Below are positions 1-10,231 of a stretch of 19,057 nucleotides of DNA, one piece after another. Numbering within the stretch: the first letter of the stretch is position 1; every line of letters starts with the position of its first letter. The notes beneath the pieces are model-generated. The model made no database searches, was not told where the DNA came from, and saw nothing but the letters and a program-made list of their open reading frames with translations. The position numbers were made by a program, and so were the translations under genes. This stretch comes from a bacterium (GTDB lineage Bacteria; SZUA-182; DTGQ01; JAFGSM01), in NCBI GenBank assembly GCA_049472315.1, contig JBLIRN010000049.1, positions 1 to 19,057 of the forward strand, in the 5' to 3' direction.

Positions 1-2
1 AC

Positions 3-845
3 CAGGAGCTGGTTCAGGGTCTGCTCGCGCTCGTCGTGCCCGCCGACGGTCCCCATCCCCCGGGCCTTGCCCAGTGCATCCAACTCGTCGATAAAGATGA
101 TGCAGGGCGCCTTCTGCTTTGCCTGCACGAACAGGTCCCGCACCCGTGCTGCGCCCAGCCCCACGAACATCTCCACGAATTCGGAGCCGCTCATGCTGAA
201 AAAGGGCACGCCGCTCTCTCCAGCCACCGCCTTGGCAAGAAGGGTCTTGCCCGTTCCGGGGGGGCCCACCAGGAGGATACCCTTGGGGATCTTCCCGCCA
301 AGCTCGGTGAATTTCGCGGGATTTTTCAAAAAATCGATGATCTCCTCAAGCTCCTGCACCGCCTCGTCCACCCCGGCCACATCCTTGAAGGTCACGTTCA
401 GCTCGTTTTCCACGTATATCTTTGCCCTGTTTTTGCCGAGGGACATAAACCCGGGCTGCTGGGAGGAGATACGCTTTATGAAGAAATACCAGATGCCGAT
501 GAACAGGGCGATAGGGAAAAGCCAGGAGAGAACGTCGCGGAGAAAGGTGGACTCCACCTCACCCTTGAAGGTGACGTTATATTGTTCGAGCATGTTCGAA
601 AGCTCGGTATCCACCCTGACGGTACGAAAGGACTCCTCCTTGGCCCCCTTTATCTGCGCCTTTCCCTGGATCTGATTGGAGGAAACGGCGATCTCCGTTA
701 CCTTGCCCTCCTTGAGGAGGGTCAGAAACTCACTGTACGGGATGGTCTTGATGGCCAGCATGGTGGCAAGATAGCTCTGAAGAAGCAGGACCAGCCAGAT
801 GCCCAGGATGATATACCAGATGGAGAATTTATGGTGTTTTTCCAC
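3..845 (-). CDS. ftsH: ATP-dependent zinc metalloprotease FtsH, N-terminal part (runs off the left edge of the window; not in the ORF track)
   Basis: Manual minus-strand translation from GTG at 845 (RBS-like GAAGGG upstream) gives [27 protein letters not shown] (TM segment), IPYSEFL, Walker [12 protein letters not shown], Walker [14 protein letters not shown] and the FtsH signature [14 protein letters not shown] at the window edge. Confidence 0.95.
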   Translation of the reverse strand, partial: MEKHHKFSIWYIILGIWLVLLLQSYLATMLAIKTIPYSEFLTLLKEGKVTEIAVSSNQIQGKAQIKGAKEESFRTVRVDTELSNMLEQYNVTFKGEVESTFLRDVLSWLFPIALFIGIWYFFIKRISSQQPGFMSLGKNRAKIYVENELNVTFKDVAGVDEAVQELEEIIDFLKNPAKFTELGGKIPKGILLVGPPGTGKTLLAKAVAGESGVPFFSMSGSEFVEMFVGLGAARVRDLFVQAKQKAPCIIFIDELDALGKARGMGTVGGHDEREQTLNQLL

Positions 846-1060
846 AATCGATACCCTTCAGATCCTTTAAGAAAGGCTGCTGATGAAATCCTTACGAATC
901 AGTCATATGAAGAATGTCTGCACCCGCAGCATCGAAACCTGCCGCCGTGCAGTGCTGACAATGTTCCTTCATAATCTCATACTTCTTCCCGTATTTCAAC
1001 CACATTGCCGGAAACACGACAATCCTCATCATAAATCCTACAATACCCTAAAATACCTTT

Positions 1061-1089
1061 TTGCATTTTGGAGATCCTGGTCTTATAAT
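1061..1089 (+). promoter_or_regulatory. sigma70/sigmaA-type promoter of groESL
   Basis: TTGCAT (1061-1066), 17-bp spacer, perfect TATAAT (1084-1089), directly upstream of the CIRCE element. Confidence 0.85.
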
Positions 1090-1090
1090 A

Positions 1091-1117
1091 TTGGCACTCT
1101 CTTTTTAAGAGTGCTAA
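1091..1117 (+). promoter_or_regulatory. CIRCE element (HrcA operator)
   Basis: TTGGCACTC-N9-GAGTGCTAA, one mismatch to the consensus TTAGCACTC-N9-GAGTGCTAA, located over the predicted transcription start upstream of groES. Confidence 0.95.
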
Positions 1118-1248
1118 AAATATTGGAAAGGGGGGTATGAGGGAAGGTTCAATCATTTCATAACTATTCTGTTCACTCATTGGATGTCTTTAGTTTGATT
1201 CACATTTTAATGTCTCAGGCGTATTATCAGAAAGGAGCGGATATCTTT

Positions 1249-1539
1249 ATGAAAATTAAGCCCTTACAGGACAGAATCTTGGTCAAGAGAATCGAGCCTG
1301 GTGAACAAGTGAGGGGCGGGATCATCATCCCGGACACGGCAAAGGAAAAGCCGATGGAGGGAGAGGTCATCGCGGTCGGCGGCGGCAAGGTGATGGAAGA
1401 CGGGAAGAAACAGCCCATGGATCTGAAAAAAGGGGATAGGATCCTCTTTGGAAAATATGCCGGCACCGAGGTAAAGATCGAGGATGAGGAGTACCTCATC
1501 ATGCGCGAGGATGACGTCCTGGGTATCATCGAGAAATAG
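1249..1539 (+). CDS. groES: Co-chaperonin GroES (96 aa)
   Basis: [14 protein letters not shown]...[13 protein letters not shown]...[24 protein letters not shown] at 1232-1237 supports the ATG at 1249 rather than the ORF-track start at 1180. Confidence 0.98.
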   Translation: MKIKPLQDRILVKRIEPGEQVRGGIIIPDTAKEKPMEGEVIAVGGGKVMEDGKKQPMDLKKGDRILFGKYAGTEVKIEDEEYLIMREDDVLGIIEK

Positions 1540-1634
1540 GACGGGGAATGCGCTCGAATCGGGATGAACTGAATGATTGTACCTCTTGTTTATCAACAAA
1601 ACAGTTTATCAACACAACATAGTGATTGAAATAA

Positions 1635-3284
<1,650 letters not shown>

Positions 3285-3309
3285 CAGACACATTACAACC
3301 TGTCCATAC

Positions 3310-3345
3310 AATGCCCCCCGTGTTCATCACGGGGGGCATTTCTGT
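3310..3345 (+). terminator. Probable intrinsic terminator after groEL, between convergent genes
   Basis: Perfect 13-bp stem AATGCCCCCCGTG / CACGGGGGGCATT (3310-3340) with a 5-nt loop and a short T-rich tail. Confidence 0.8.
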
Positions 3346-3371
3346 AATCGCTTTGCATTCTTCGGGAAGGG

Positions 3372-3480
3372 AGATGCGCCAACCAAGCTTGCCAGAGCGA
3401 AGCTACTATGAACCCCTTCCGTTCACCTGAGGGCCTGCGACTTCACTAACCGAACTTGTCAGGCGGAGCAAAGCGCATCT
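3372..3480. repeat. Degenerate, inverted ~1.5-unit copy of the repeat family arrayed at 7532-7847
   Basis: ATGCGCCAACCAA (3374-3386) is the exact reverse complement of 7544-7556. ACTATGAACCCCTTCCGTTCACCTGAGGG resembles the array reverse complement ACTATGCACCTCTTTCCGGTCACCCAAAGGG. It shares CGTTCACCTGA and GTCAGGCGGAGC with 13551-13585. Confidence 0.75.
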
Positions 3481-3511
3481 ACTGTAATGTGTTGAGTGGT
3501 TACCATTTTTC

Positions 3512-4696
3512 CTACCATACCCGACATACCAGTCCTTTCAGGTAAGTGCCCTCGGGAAAGTTCAAGGCCGTGGGATGATCCGCAGCCTGTCCGAGCCTTC
3601 GGATGATCTGGGCCTCCCGTCGCGCCTCCAGCACGGCATCGGCCACGATCTTCTCAAACAGGGTTCGTTCGACGAGTCCGGAGCAGGAAAAGGTGATGAG
3701 CACGCCCCCCCGCCTGATCAATTTAAAGGAGAGCAGGTTGATATCCTTGTACCCGCGACATGCGCCGGGGATCTGACCGCGGGAGGCGGCGAACCGGGGT
3801 GGATCGAGGATGACCGCGTCGAATTCCCTCCTGCTGTCACGACATTGACGCAAAAAGGTGAACACGTCGCCCTCCACGTTCTCGACCCGCGCCATGTCAA
3901 GGCCGTTGAGATCGAAATTCCGCGCCGCAAGCGACAGTGCAACCGGCGAGGATTCCACGTTCGTAACGCCGGCAGCCCCCCCCTTCAGGGCAGCAATGCC
4001 GAACCCGCCCGTGTATGCGAAGCAGTTGAGCACTACCCCGTCCCCCACATACTCCGGAATAAGGGCACGGTTTTCCCTCTGGTCGAGATAGAAGCCTGTC
4101 TTATGCCCGTGCTTGATATCCACTAAAAACCGATAGGGGCCTTCCTCGATCTCCACACAATCCGGCGGCGCTATGCCTGAAAGCACCCCGGCGTACTGCT
4201 GCAGTCCCTCCTTTTCGCGGACCTCCACATCGGAACGCTCATAGATGGAAAGGCCGGGAAACATATCCTCAAGAAGGCCGGCCATGGTGCGTTTCCAGTA
4301 TTCCGCACCCGCCGTCAGAAACTGGCACGCGAGGAAGCCGGCATACCGATCCACGATCACCCCGGGCAGGCCGTCCGATTCCGCGTTCACCAGACGGCAT
4401 GCGGCATTCCCTGACGAGGCGAGGGCCCCCCGTGATGAGACCGCGCGCTGCAGGCGGGCGGCAAAAAAGGGAGCGGACACGGTATCCTCCGGGTCGAATG
4501 TCCATACCCTGACCATGATCTGGGAACACGGAGAATATGCGCCCAATCCCAGGAGATTCCCCCTGTAATCGAAGACCTGAACGGTTTCTCCGGGTCCGGG
4601 TTCTTCCTGAACGTCCATGATTGCCCCGGAGAATATCCAAGGATGCCTGCGAAGCAGGGATTTCTCACGCCCTGGTTTCAGAACGATCGATCCCAT
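3512..4696 (-). CDS. rlmI: Class I SAM-dependent rRNA methyltransferase, RlmI/YccW type (23S m5C1962), with N-terminal PUA domain
   Basis: LKPGREKSLLRRHPWIFSGAI, ESDGLPGVIVDRY, GHKTGFYLDQRENR, LNCFAYTGGF, ILDPPRF, TFSCSG, DHP...FPEGTYLKGL. AAGGAGGA RBS before the ATG at 4696. Confidence 0.9.
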   Translation of the reverse strand: MGSIVLKPGREKSLLRRHPWIFSGAIMDVQEEPGPGETVQVFDYRGNLLGLGAYSPCSQIMVRVWTFDPEDTVSAPFFAARLQRAVSSRGALASSGNAACRLVNAESDGLPGVIVDRYAGFLACQFLTAGAEYWKRTMAGLLEDMFPGLSIYERSDVEVREKEGLQQYAGVLSGIAPPDCVEIEEGPYRFLVDIKHGHKTGFYLDQRENRALIPEYVGDGVVLNCFAYTGGFGIAALKGGAAGVTNVESSPVALSLAARNFDLNGLDMARVENVEGDVFTFLRQCRDSRREFDAVILDPPRFAASRGQIPGACRGYKDINLLSFKLIRRGGVLITFSCSGLVERTLFEKIVADAVLEARREAQIIRRLGQAADHPTALNFPEGTYLKGLVCRVW

Positions 4697-5104
4697 GTTC
4701 TCCTCCTTTGCACACCCTGACACCGGCATCCATGTGATGCAGGGTGGTTACAGTCCATTGGCGAGCCGTACCCATCCACAGACGCCTCTGCCGAAGGCGT
4801 TCCCGCTTCGCTGAACTGATGAAGGCAAATTCCCCCCGGATGCAAGCTCTATTCTACCTCAGTTTATCCCCGATTACACGGCCGGGATCGATCGGCATTC
4901 GACATTCGTTCGGAGTCAATGCTGCGAATACACCCTTGTTTTTCTCACCAGCACCTTCGGGCCGTCGTTGCGGGCGGGGGGGAGAGGGTTCCGCGTGATT
5001 CAAATTGCCCTTTCCGGCCGATAATAGATATGGGTGGTATGGAACCTGGCGATCGATTATAATGCTGAGAGACCTTCCATAAGGTAATCTTCAAAAAGAC
5101 AACC

Positions 5105-6505
5105 ATGGGAATGCCACAGAACGAGGGGAAAAAATACGACGTCATCATCGTGGGGAGTGGGTCTGCGGGAATCTTTGCGGCGCGGGAGCTTGCCCTTAAA
5201 GGCGGCCTGAAGGTACTCCTTGTGGACAAGGGGGATACCCTTGAGAGGCGCCGGTGTCCGAATCGCCAGAGCGGACAGGGATGCATCGAGTGCCCCCGGT
5301 GCGCCATCCTGTGCGGGTGGGGAGGAGCGGGGGCGTACAGCGACGGGAAGCTGAACCTCACCTCCCTGGTGGGAGGATACCTGAACGAGTACATCGAGGA
5401 GGATGCCTTGCAGGGGTTGATCGCATACGTTGACGGCATCTACCTCGCCCATGGCGCCCCCCGGCAGGTCTTCGGCCACGATGAGAAGAAGACGGGCGCA
5501 TTGAAGGCGCAGGCCGAGGCCGCGGGCATGGAGCTTCTCACCTACCCTATCCGGCATCTGGGCACGGAGAACTGCTCCCTGGTGCTCAAGGGACTGTATC
5601 GGGAGCTTTCCGAAAGGGTGACCATACGATTCCGGACCGAGGTGCGGGAGGTCATCGTGGAGGAGGGCCGGGCAGCAGGGGTCCGGCTTTCCGACGGCGA
5701 GGAGGTACGCGCGGGCACGGTGATCATCGCCGTGGGCAGGGAGGGTTCAAGCTGGCTTTCCGAGGAATCCCTCAGGCTGGGTCTTCGGCAGCGGATCAAC
5801 CCGGTGGATATCGGTGTGCGGGTTGAGGTGCCTGCAACGGTCACCGATGCGGTCACCGATGTGCTCTTTGAATCGAAGCTCATCTACCGGACCAGGTACT
5901 TCAGCGACGCGGTGCGGACATTCTGCATGTGCCCCCACGGGGAAGTGGTCAGGGAAAACTACAACGGGCTGTTCACCGTGAACGGGCACAGCTTCCGCAA
6001 GACCAGGACCGAGAACACGAACTTCGCCTTGCTGGTGCAGATGACCTTCACCGAGCCCTTTTCACAGCCCATCACCTACGGCAAGCGCATCGCCGAGCTC
6101 GCCAATCTTCTGGGCGACGGGATAATCGTCCAGCGCCTGGGAGACCTGAAGCGAGGGAGGCGCTCCACCCCGGAGCGCATCAGCCAGGGGGCGGTGGTGC
6201 CCACCCTCTGCGACACCACCCCGGGTGACCTCTCTCTGGTGCTCCCCTACCGATTCCTCACCAACCTCCTGGAGATGCTCGAGACACTCGACTGGCTGAT
6301 GCCGGGGGTGGATTCCCCCCATACCCTGCTCTACGGGGTGGAGGTGAAGTTCTACTCCATGCGGCTCGAGCTCACCCCCGGGCTTGAGACCAAAATCGCC
6401 TCTCTCTACACAGTGGGCGACGGCGCAGGGGTGAGCCGGGGGCTCGTCCAGGCCTCCTGCTCGGGTGTGGTGGCTGCACGGGACATCATGGCCAAGCATC
6501 ACTAG
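5105..6505 (+). CDS. Uncharacterised NAD(P)/FAD-dependent oxidoreductase (COG2509-like FAD-dependent dehydrogenase)
   Basis: N-terminal Rossmann motif DVIIVGSGSAGIFAA, GWGGAGAYSDGKL, RTFCMCPHGEVV, VNGHS and C-terminal GDGAGVSRGLVQA. Confidence 0.85.
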   Translation: MGMPQNEGKKYDVIIVGSGSAGIFAARELALKGGLKVLLVDKGDTLERRRCPNRQSGQGCIECPRCAILCGWGGAGAYSDGKLNLTSLVGGYLNEYIEEDALQGLIAYVDGIYLAHGAPRQVFGHDEKKTGALKAQAEAAGMELLTYPIRHLGTENCSLVLKGLYRELSERVTIRFRTEVREVIVEEGRAAGVRLSDGEEVRAGTVIIAVGREGSSWLSEESLRLGLRQRINPVDIGVRVEVPATVTDAVTDVLFESKLIYRTRYFSDAVRTFCMCPHGEVVRENYNGLFTVNGHSFRKTRTENTNFALLVQMTFTEPFSQPITYGKRIAELANLLGDGIIVQRLGDLKRGRRSTPERISQGAVVPTLCDTTPGDLSLVLPYRFLTNLLEMLETLDWLMPGVDSPHTLLYGVEVKFYSMRLELTPGLETKIASLYTVGDGAGVSRGLVQASCSGVVAARDIMAKHH

Positions 6506-6546
6506 CAAGACATGAAATTACAGATATTTTTTTCATGTATTATGCA

Positions 6547-6576
6547 TTGACAGGCAGACGACGGTGATGCTATAGT
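6547..6576 (+). promoter_or_regulatory. sigma70-type promoter with extended -10
   Basis: Perfect TTGACA (6547-6552), 18-bp spacer, TGcTATAGT (TG at 6568-6569, -10 at 6571-6576), with an AT-rich tract upstream. Confidence 0.65.
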
Positions 6577-6819
6577 GAGAATGTTCGCGTTCGATACCTG
6601 CGCAATCCTCATCCTCCAGGCAGCAAACTCCGAAATCCTTATTTCACTCAAATTCGTGTGCGACGACTCAGGTCCGAATTCTTTGCACGTATGCACAATA
6701 CCATGTGGTAATAAGTGATGGGCATCACCATGCCTCTGGTGATGAAAAAACGGACCGAACCGCACCGGGGACCACCCCCAGGCACTAATTCCTATCTACA
6801 TCCTAAAGGAGGAGATGTC

Positions 6820-7137
6820 ATGGGAACTACAAGTAAGAAAAAGGTCAGTACCCAGAAGGGTATCTCAGGAAAGGCCGAGAAAAAAATGGTTGAATTCAGC
6901 CTGAATGCACCCAATGCAACAGAAGTCTACCTCGTTGGTGAATTCAACAAATGGAACCCCCGTTCACTTCCCATGAAACACGATAATGGCAGGGAATGGA
7001 AGGCTCGCATTCAGCTTTCACCCGGACGCTATGAATACAAATACTATGTGGACGGCTCCTGGGTTGATGATGTCCCGGGAGTGGAGAAGGCGTCGAATTC
7101 GTTCGGGACACAGAATTGTGTCATGCATGTGAAGTAA
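6820..7137 (+). CDS. Stand-alone glycogen-binding (CBM48 / AMPK-beta-like, isoamylase early-set) domain protein, 105 aa
   Basis: VEFSLNAPNATEVYLVGEFNKW, W...LSPGRYEYKYYVDGSW, NSFGTQNCV. Strong AAAGGAGG RBS before the ATG at 6820. Lys-rich N-terminal tail. Confidence 0.9.
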   Translation: MGTTSKKKVSTQKGISGKAEKKMVEFSLNAPNATEVYLVGEFNKWNPRSLPMKHDNGREWKARIQLSPGRYEYKYYVDGSWVDDVPGVEKASNSFGTQNCVMHVK

Positions 7138-7531
7138 TAAAGTCACCATGGCAGCCATGGAATACTTACCTACCCGGCAGCCCATTATGTGATTCCCTGT
7201 TCATTCAGCCTGAAGGCTCTGCACAGCTTGTCCGGAAAAAATTGCCTGAGGCAATCCTCGTCATATGCCGGTTTACACCTCATGGCGGCCTGCACCTTGA
7301 TGATGGGGATCTTTGACTACACTCGGAACGCAGGCAACGTGCGGATCTGTATGCGATCACCCGTGCATCGCCCTCATGTCCCTCTCTATCCCCATTATGC
7401 ATCATCCATCCCTAAAAGACCTTGCTAACATAGTCTCTCCGTGTTCCCTATTCCCACACATCCATCGGGAAGCACCCCTCATTCACCGGAGTAACCGCTC
7501 AATAACAGCCATGATCCTTCGTAGCTGTCCA

Positions 7532-7847
7532 GCCTGACAAAGGTTGGTTGGCGCATACCCTTTGGGTGACCGGAAAGAGGTGCATAGTGCTCCGTTTCAC
7601 TCCGCCTAACGAAATCTGAATGCATGGCCTTTTTGTGGCTGCGAAGGGCTGCATAGTGCTCCGCTTCGCTTCGCCTCACAAAGGTTGGGTTGCAAGCCCT
7701 TTGGGTGACCGGAAAGAGGTGCATAGTGCTCCGTTTCACTCCGCCTAACAAAATCTGAATACATGGCCTTTTTGTGGCTGCGAAGGGCTGCATAGTGCTC
7801 CGCTTCGCTTCGCCTAACGAAGTTTGGATAGTGCTCCGCTTCGCTTC
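7532..7847. repeat. Higher-order tandem repeat: ~139-bp dimer made of alternating 69/70-bp subunits
   Basis: Core CATAGTGCTCCG at 7583, 7652, 7722 and 7791, plus a truncated fifth copy at 7828. CCCTTTGGGTGACCGGAAAGAGG at 7558 and 7697 (period 139). Confidence 0.95.
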
Positions 7848-7992
7848 ACAAAATTTTGTTGGCAAATCCCTCATTTCCGTATGATATTGGTCAATTTTTA
7901 TCCAAGAAAAAAGGGGGGTTAAACCGATTAAATACATACAAGCCTTATCTATGATCTGCTACAAGAACAATGGAGGGTGAGGCCGGGAACTG

Positions 7993-8943
7993 ATGAGATT
8001 ACCCCTTCGATGGTCACGCGGAAAGAGATTCAATAGCACCTTCTCTTCATTGATGGTGATGATGGTACCCTCTGCCTTCCGCTTCTTTCAACAAATGAGC
8101 GGAGATCGAATAACCCGGCCGCATGTCATGACACACGCCTCACCTGCCCTACCGACATCTTATGCAGGCCAGGTACAACGACAATCCCTCAGGGTGATGA
8201 CACTGAACATCGCCCATGGAAGATATAACAGTGCCAATCAAAGACTCCGGAAGAACAGGATCGAATCAAACCTTGATGATATCGCCGCTGTTCTCAAGCG
8301 GGAGCAGCCGGATATATTAGCACTCCAGGAGGCAGACGGATCATCTCTTTGGAGCGGCATGTTCAACCATGTCGAATATCTTGCCGAGAAGGCCGGATTT
8401 TCCTATTCCATCAGGGGGGAACACGTAAAGGGAAGGAAGATGTCGTACGGAACGGCATTGCTCTCCATGGTAGACCTTCACGATCTGATGTCCGTCACCT
8501 TTAATCCCTCACCACCAACCTTTTCCAAGGGATTCGTCATTGCAACCATGACATGGTCGGGCACACCCCCCATGGAGATCGATATCGTTTCCGTACACCT
8601 GGATTGCTATCGAAAATCCATCCGAAAAAGGCAGATCGAGGATCTGATCACCATATTGTCATTGCGCAACAGGGCCATGATCATCATGGGGGATTTCAAT
8701 TGCGAGTGGACCACCGCGGAATCCGCGCTGCACATGCTTGCACAACAGTGCAATCTGAAGGGGTATAACCCTCAGGGTGCGGAATTGGATACATTCCCGT
8801 TCCTGAAAAGACGCCTGGATTGGGTCCTGGTCTCCCCAGATCTAAACTTCATCACCTACCAGGTGCTCTCGGACAGCGTTTCCGATCACCGGGGGGTGGT
8901 CTGTGAACTGCAAAGAAGCGGTTCGCAAACAATTTGGTCATGA
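7993..8943 (+). CDS. Endonuclease/exonuclease/phosphatase (EEP) family protein
   Basis: All EEP catalytic motifs are present: TLNIAHG, LALQEAD, SVHLD, MGDFN, LDWVL, SDHRGV. Start codon uncertain. Confidence 0.88.
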   Translation: MRLPLRWSRGKRFNSTFSSLMVMMVPSAFRFFQQMSGDRITRPHVMTHASPALPTSYAGQVQRQSLRVMTLNIAHGRYNSANQRLRKNRIESNLDDIAAVLKREQPDILALQEADGSSLWSGMFNHVEYLAEKAGFSYSIRGEHVKGRKMSYGTALLSMVDLHDLMSVTFNPSPPTFSKGFVIATMTWSGTPPMEIDIVSVHLDCYRKSIRKRQIEDLITILSLRNRAMIIMGDFNCEWTTAESALHMLAQQCNLKGYNPQGAELDTFPFLKRRLDWVLVSPDLNFITYQVLSDSVSDHRGVVCELQRSGSQTIWS

Positions 8944-9093
8944 AGGATTGACACATGAATGGGCCGGCGTGCCTGGGCAGCGATAATACCCTTTGCTGCA
9001 ATGATATGGGCCCATAGATACGGGATGTTATCGATAACCGTGCGACCGGCGATTTGGAGAATACATAGCACCATCAAAAGAAAGGGGAACAAG

Positions 9094-10185
9094 ATGACCA
9101 TACAAAGAATGATACGACATGCACCGATCGTCCTTATCTGTTCGCTCCTCGCCATCGGGTGCAGCAGGAAATCAGGGGTACAGCACGCGAGACAATCAAG
9201 CGCAAAAAAGGTCGAGGGGAGGACCCTCACCCTCTATAACTGGGAGGACTATATCGGTGCGTCGACACTCGAGACCTTTGAGCAGGAAACCGGGATACAC
9301 GTCGAAGAGGTAAACTTCACGGATGAAGAGGAGATGCTTGGTGCAGTCCAATCAAACCTTTCCGCTTATGACCTCGTGGTAGTGAGTGACGACGGGGCAC
9401 GGGAAATGATTGCAGCAAAGCTTCTTCATCCTTTTGATTATTCGAAGATTCCAAACATGCGGCATATCGGACCACACTATCTCAACCAGCGGTTTGATCC
9501 GAATCAGGAATACACCGTCCCCTACCTCATCGGTTCATCCGGCATGGTGATCAACAAACGGTATATCGAAGGACCTTTCGATAGCTGGAAGGTGCTCTGG
9601 GACACAAGGTACAAAGGGAAAATCGCCATGCTCAACAATCCATCCGAGGTCTTTGCAGCGGGCTGTAAATTACTGGGCTACAGCATCAACACGTCACATG
9701 CGGAAGAACTGGCCATGACAAAAAGCAGCCTGATCGAACAGAAGTCATTGGTTGCCGGATACTACGACGTGGTCACCATCCAGGACCTCATGGGGGATGA
9801 GAGGCTATGGGCCGCCCATATTTACAGCGGCGAAGGCATGGTCCTGTCAGAGGAGAATGAGGACATCGAATATGTCATCCCCAGGGAAGGGGCAGCGGTG
9901 TGGATGGATGTCTTTGTGATGCCCCGGGATGCCAAACACCCAGAGGAGGCACACACATTTCTCGACTACATCCTGCAACCCGAGATAAACGCCGCCATTG
10001 CCTCTGAATACTGGTATGCCACCCCAAATAAGGAGGCGGAGCCGCTGATGGATCCGGAAATACTCGTGTGTCCCTCTGTCTATCCACCCGGCGACGTGAT
10101 GGGACGATGTGAATTCTTCAAGGGTTCCGGTGAGAACCTGCGATTCGTTCAATCACTGTGGACCGAGCTTACCAGTGCACAGTAA
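9094..10185 (+). CDS. PotD/PotF-like polyamine (spermidine/putrescine) binding lipoprotein
   Basis: Signal peptide with lipobox-like LLAIG-C; LYNWEDYI, FEQETGI, FDPNQEYTVPY, SWKVLWD..YKGKI, IPREGAAVWMD, YATPN. AAAGGGG RBS supports the ATG at 9094 rather than 8959. Confidence 0.88.
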   Translation: MTIQRMIRHAPIVLICSLLAIGCSRKSGVQHARQSSAKKVEGRTLTLYNWEDYIGASTLETFEQETGIHVEEVNFTDEEEMLGAVQSNLSAYDLVVVSDDGAREMIAAKLLHPFDYSKIPNMRHIGPHYLNQRFDPNQEYTVPYLIGSSGMVINKRYIEGPFDSWKVLWDTRYKGKIAMLNNPSEVFAAGCKLLGYSINTSHAEELAMTKSSLIEQKSLVAGYYDVVTIQDLMGDERLWAAHIYSGEGMVLSEENEDIEYVIPREGAAVWMDVFVMPRDAKHPEEAHTFLDYILQPEINAAIASEYWYATPNKEAEPLMDPEILVCPSVYPPGDVMGRCEFFKGSGENLRFVQSLWTELTSAQ

Positions 10186-10231
10186 GACATACATGGCATA
10201 AACCATAACGATTCATTGGGACGATTTAAGG

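Noticed and set aside
36..974. 312-aa and 202-aa plus-strand ORFs
   Set aside because: Antisense shadows of ftsH, which has clear motifs on the minus strand.
977..1180. 67-aa minus-strand ORF upstream of ftsH
   Set aside because: It overlaps the groESL promoter and CIRCE and has no recognisable motif.
4803..4812. CCGCTTCGCT matching part of the repeat core
   Set aside because: Only 10 bp match and the flanks do not align, so it cannot be called a fourth copy.
4959..4988. G-rich run that could form a G-quadruplex between divergent rlmI and oxidoreductase genes
   Set aside because: G-runs are common in GC-rich DNA and there is no other support.
6600..6700. Possible c-di-GMP-I riboswitch (GCAAAC...GAAA)
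   Set aside because: The P2 stem and downstream GACGCAAA-type motif are missing.
7532..7847. CRISPR array interpretation of the 69/70-bp periodic repeat
   Set aside because: The 'spacers' are duplicated (A,B,A,B), one also appears at 3405-3433, the cores alternate in sequence, and there are no cas genes in the window.
7479..7937. 152-aa minus-strand ORF with repeated EAKRST motifs
   Set aside because: It simply reads through the DNA repeat and changes peptide register between units because the period is not a multiple of 3. No recognisable domain.
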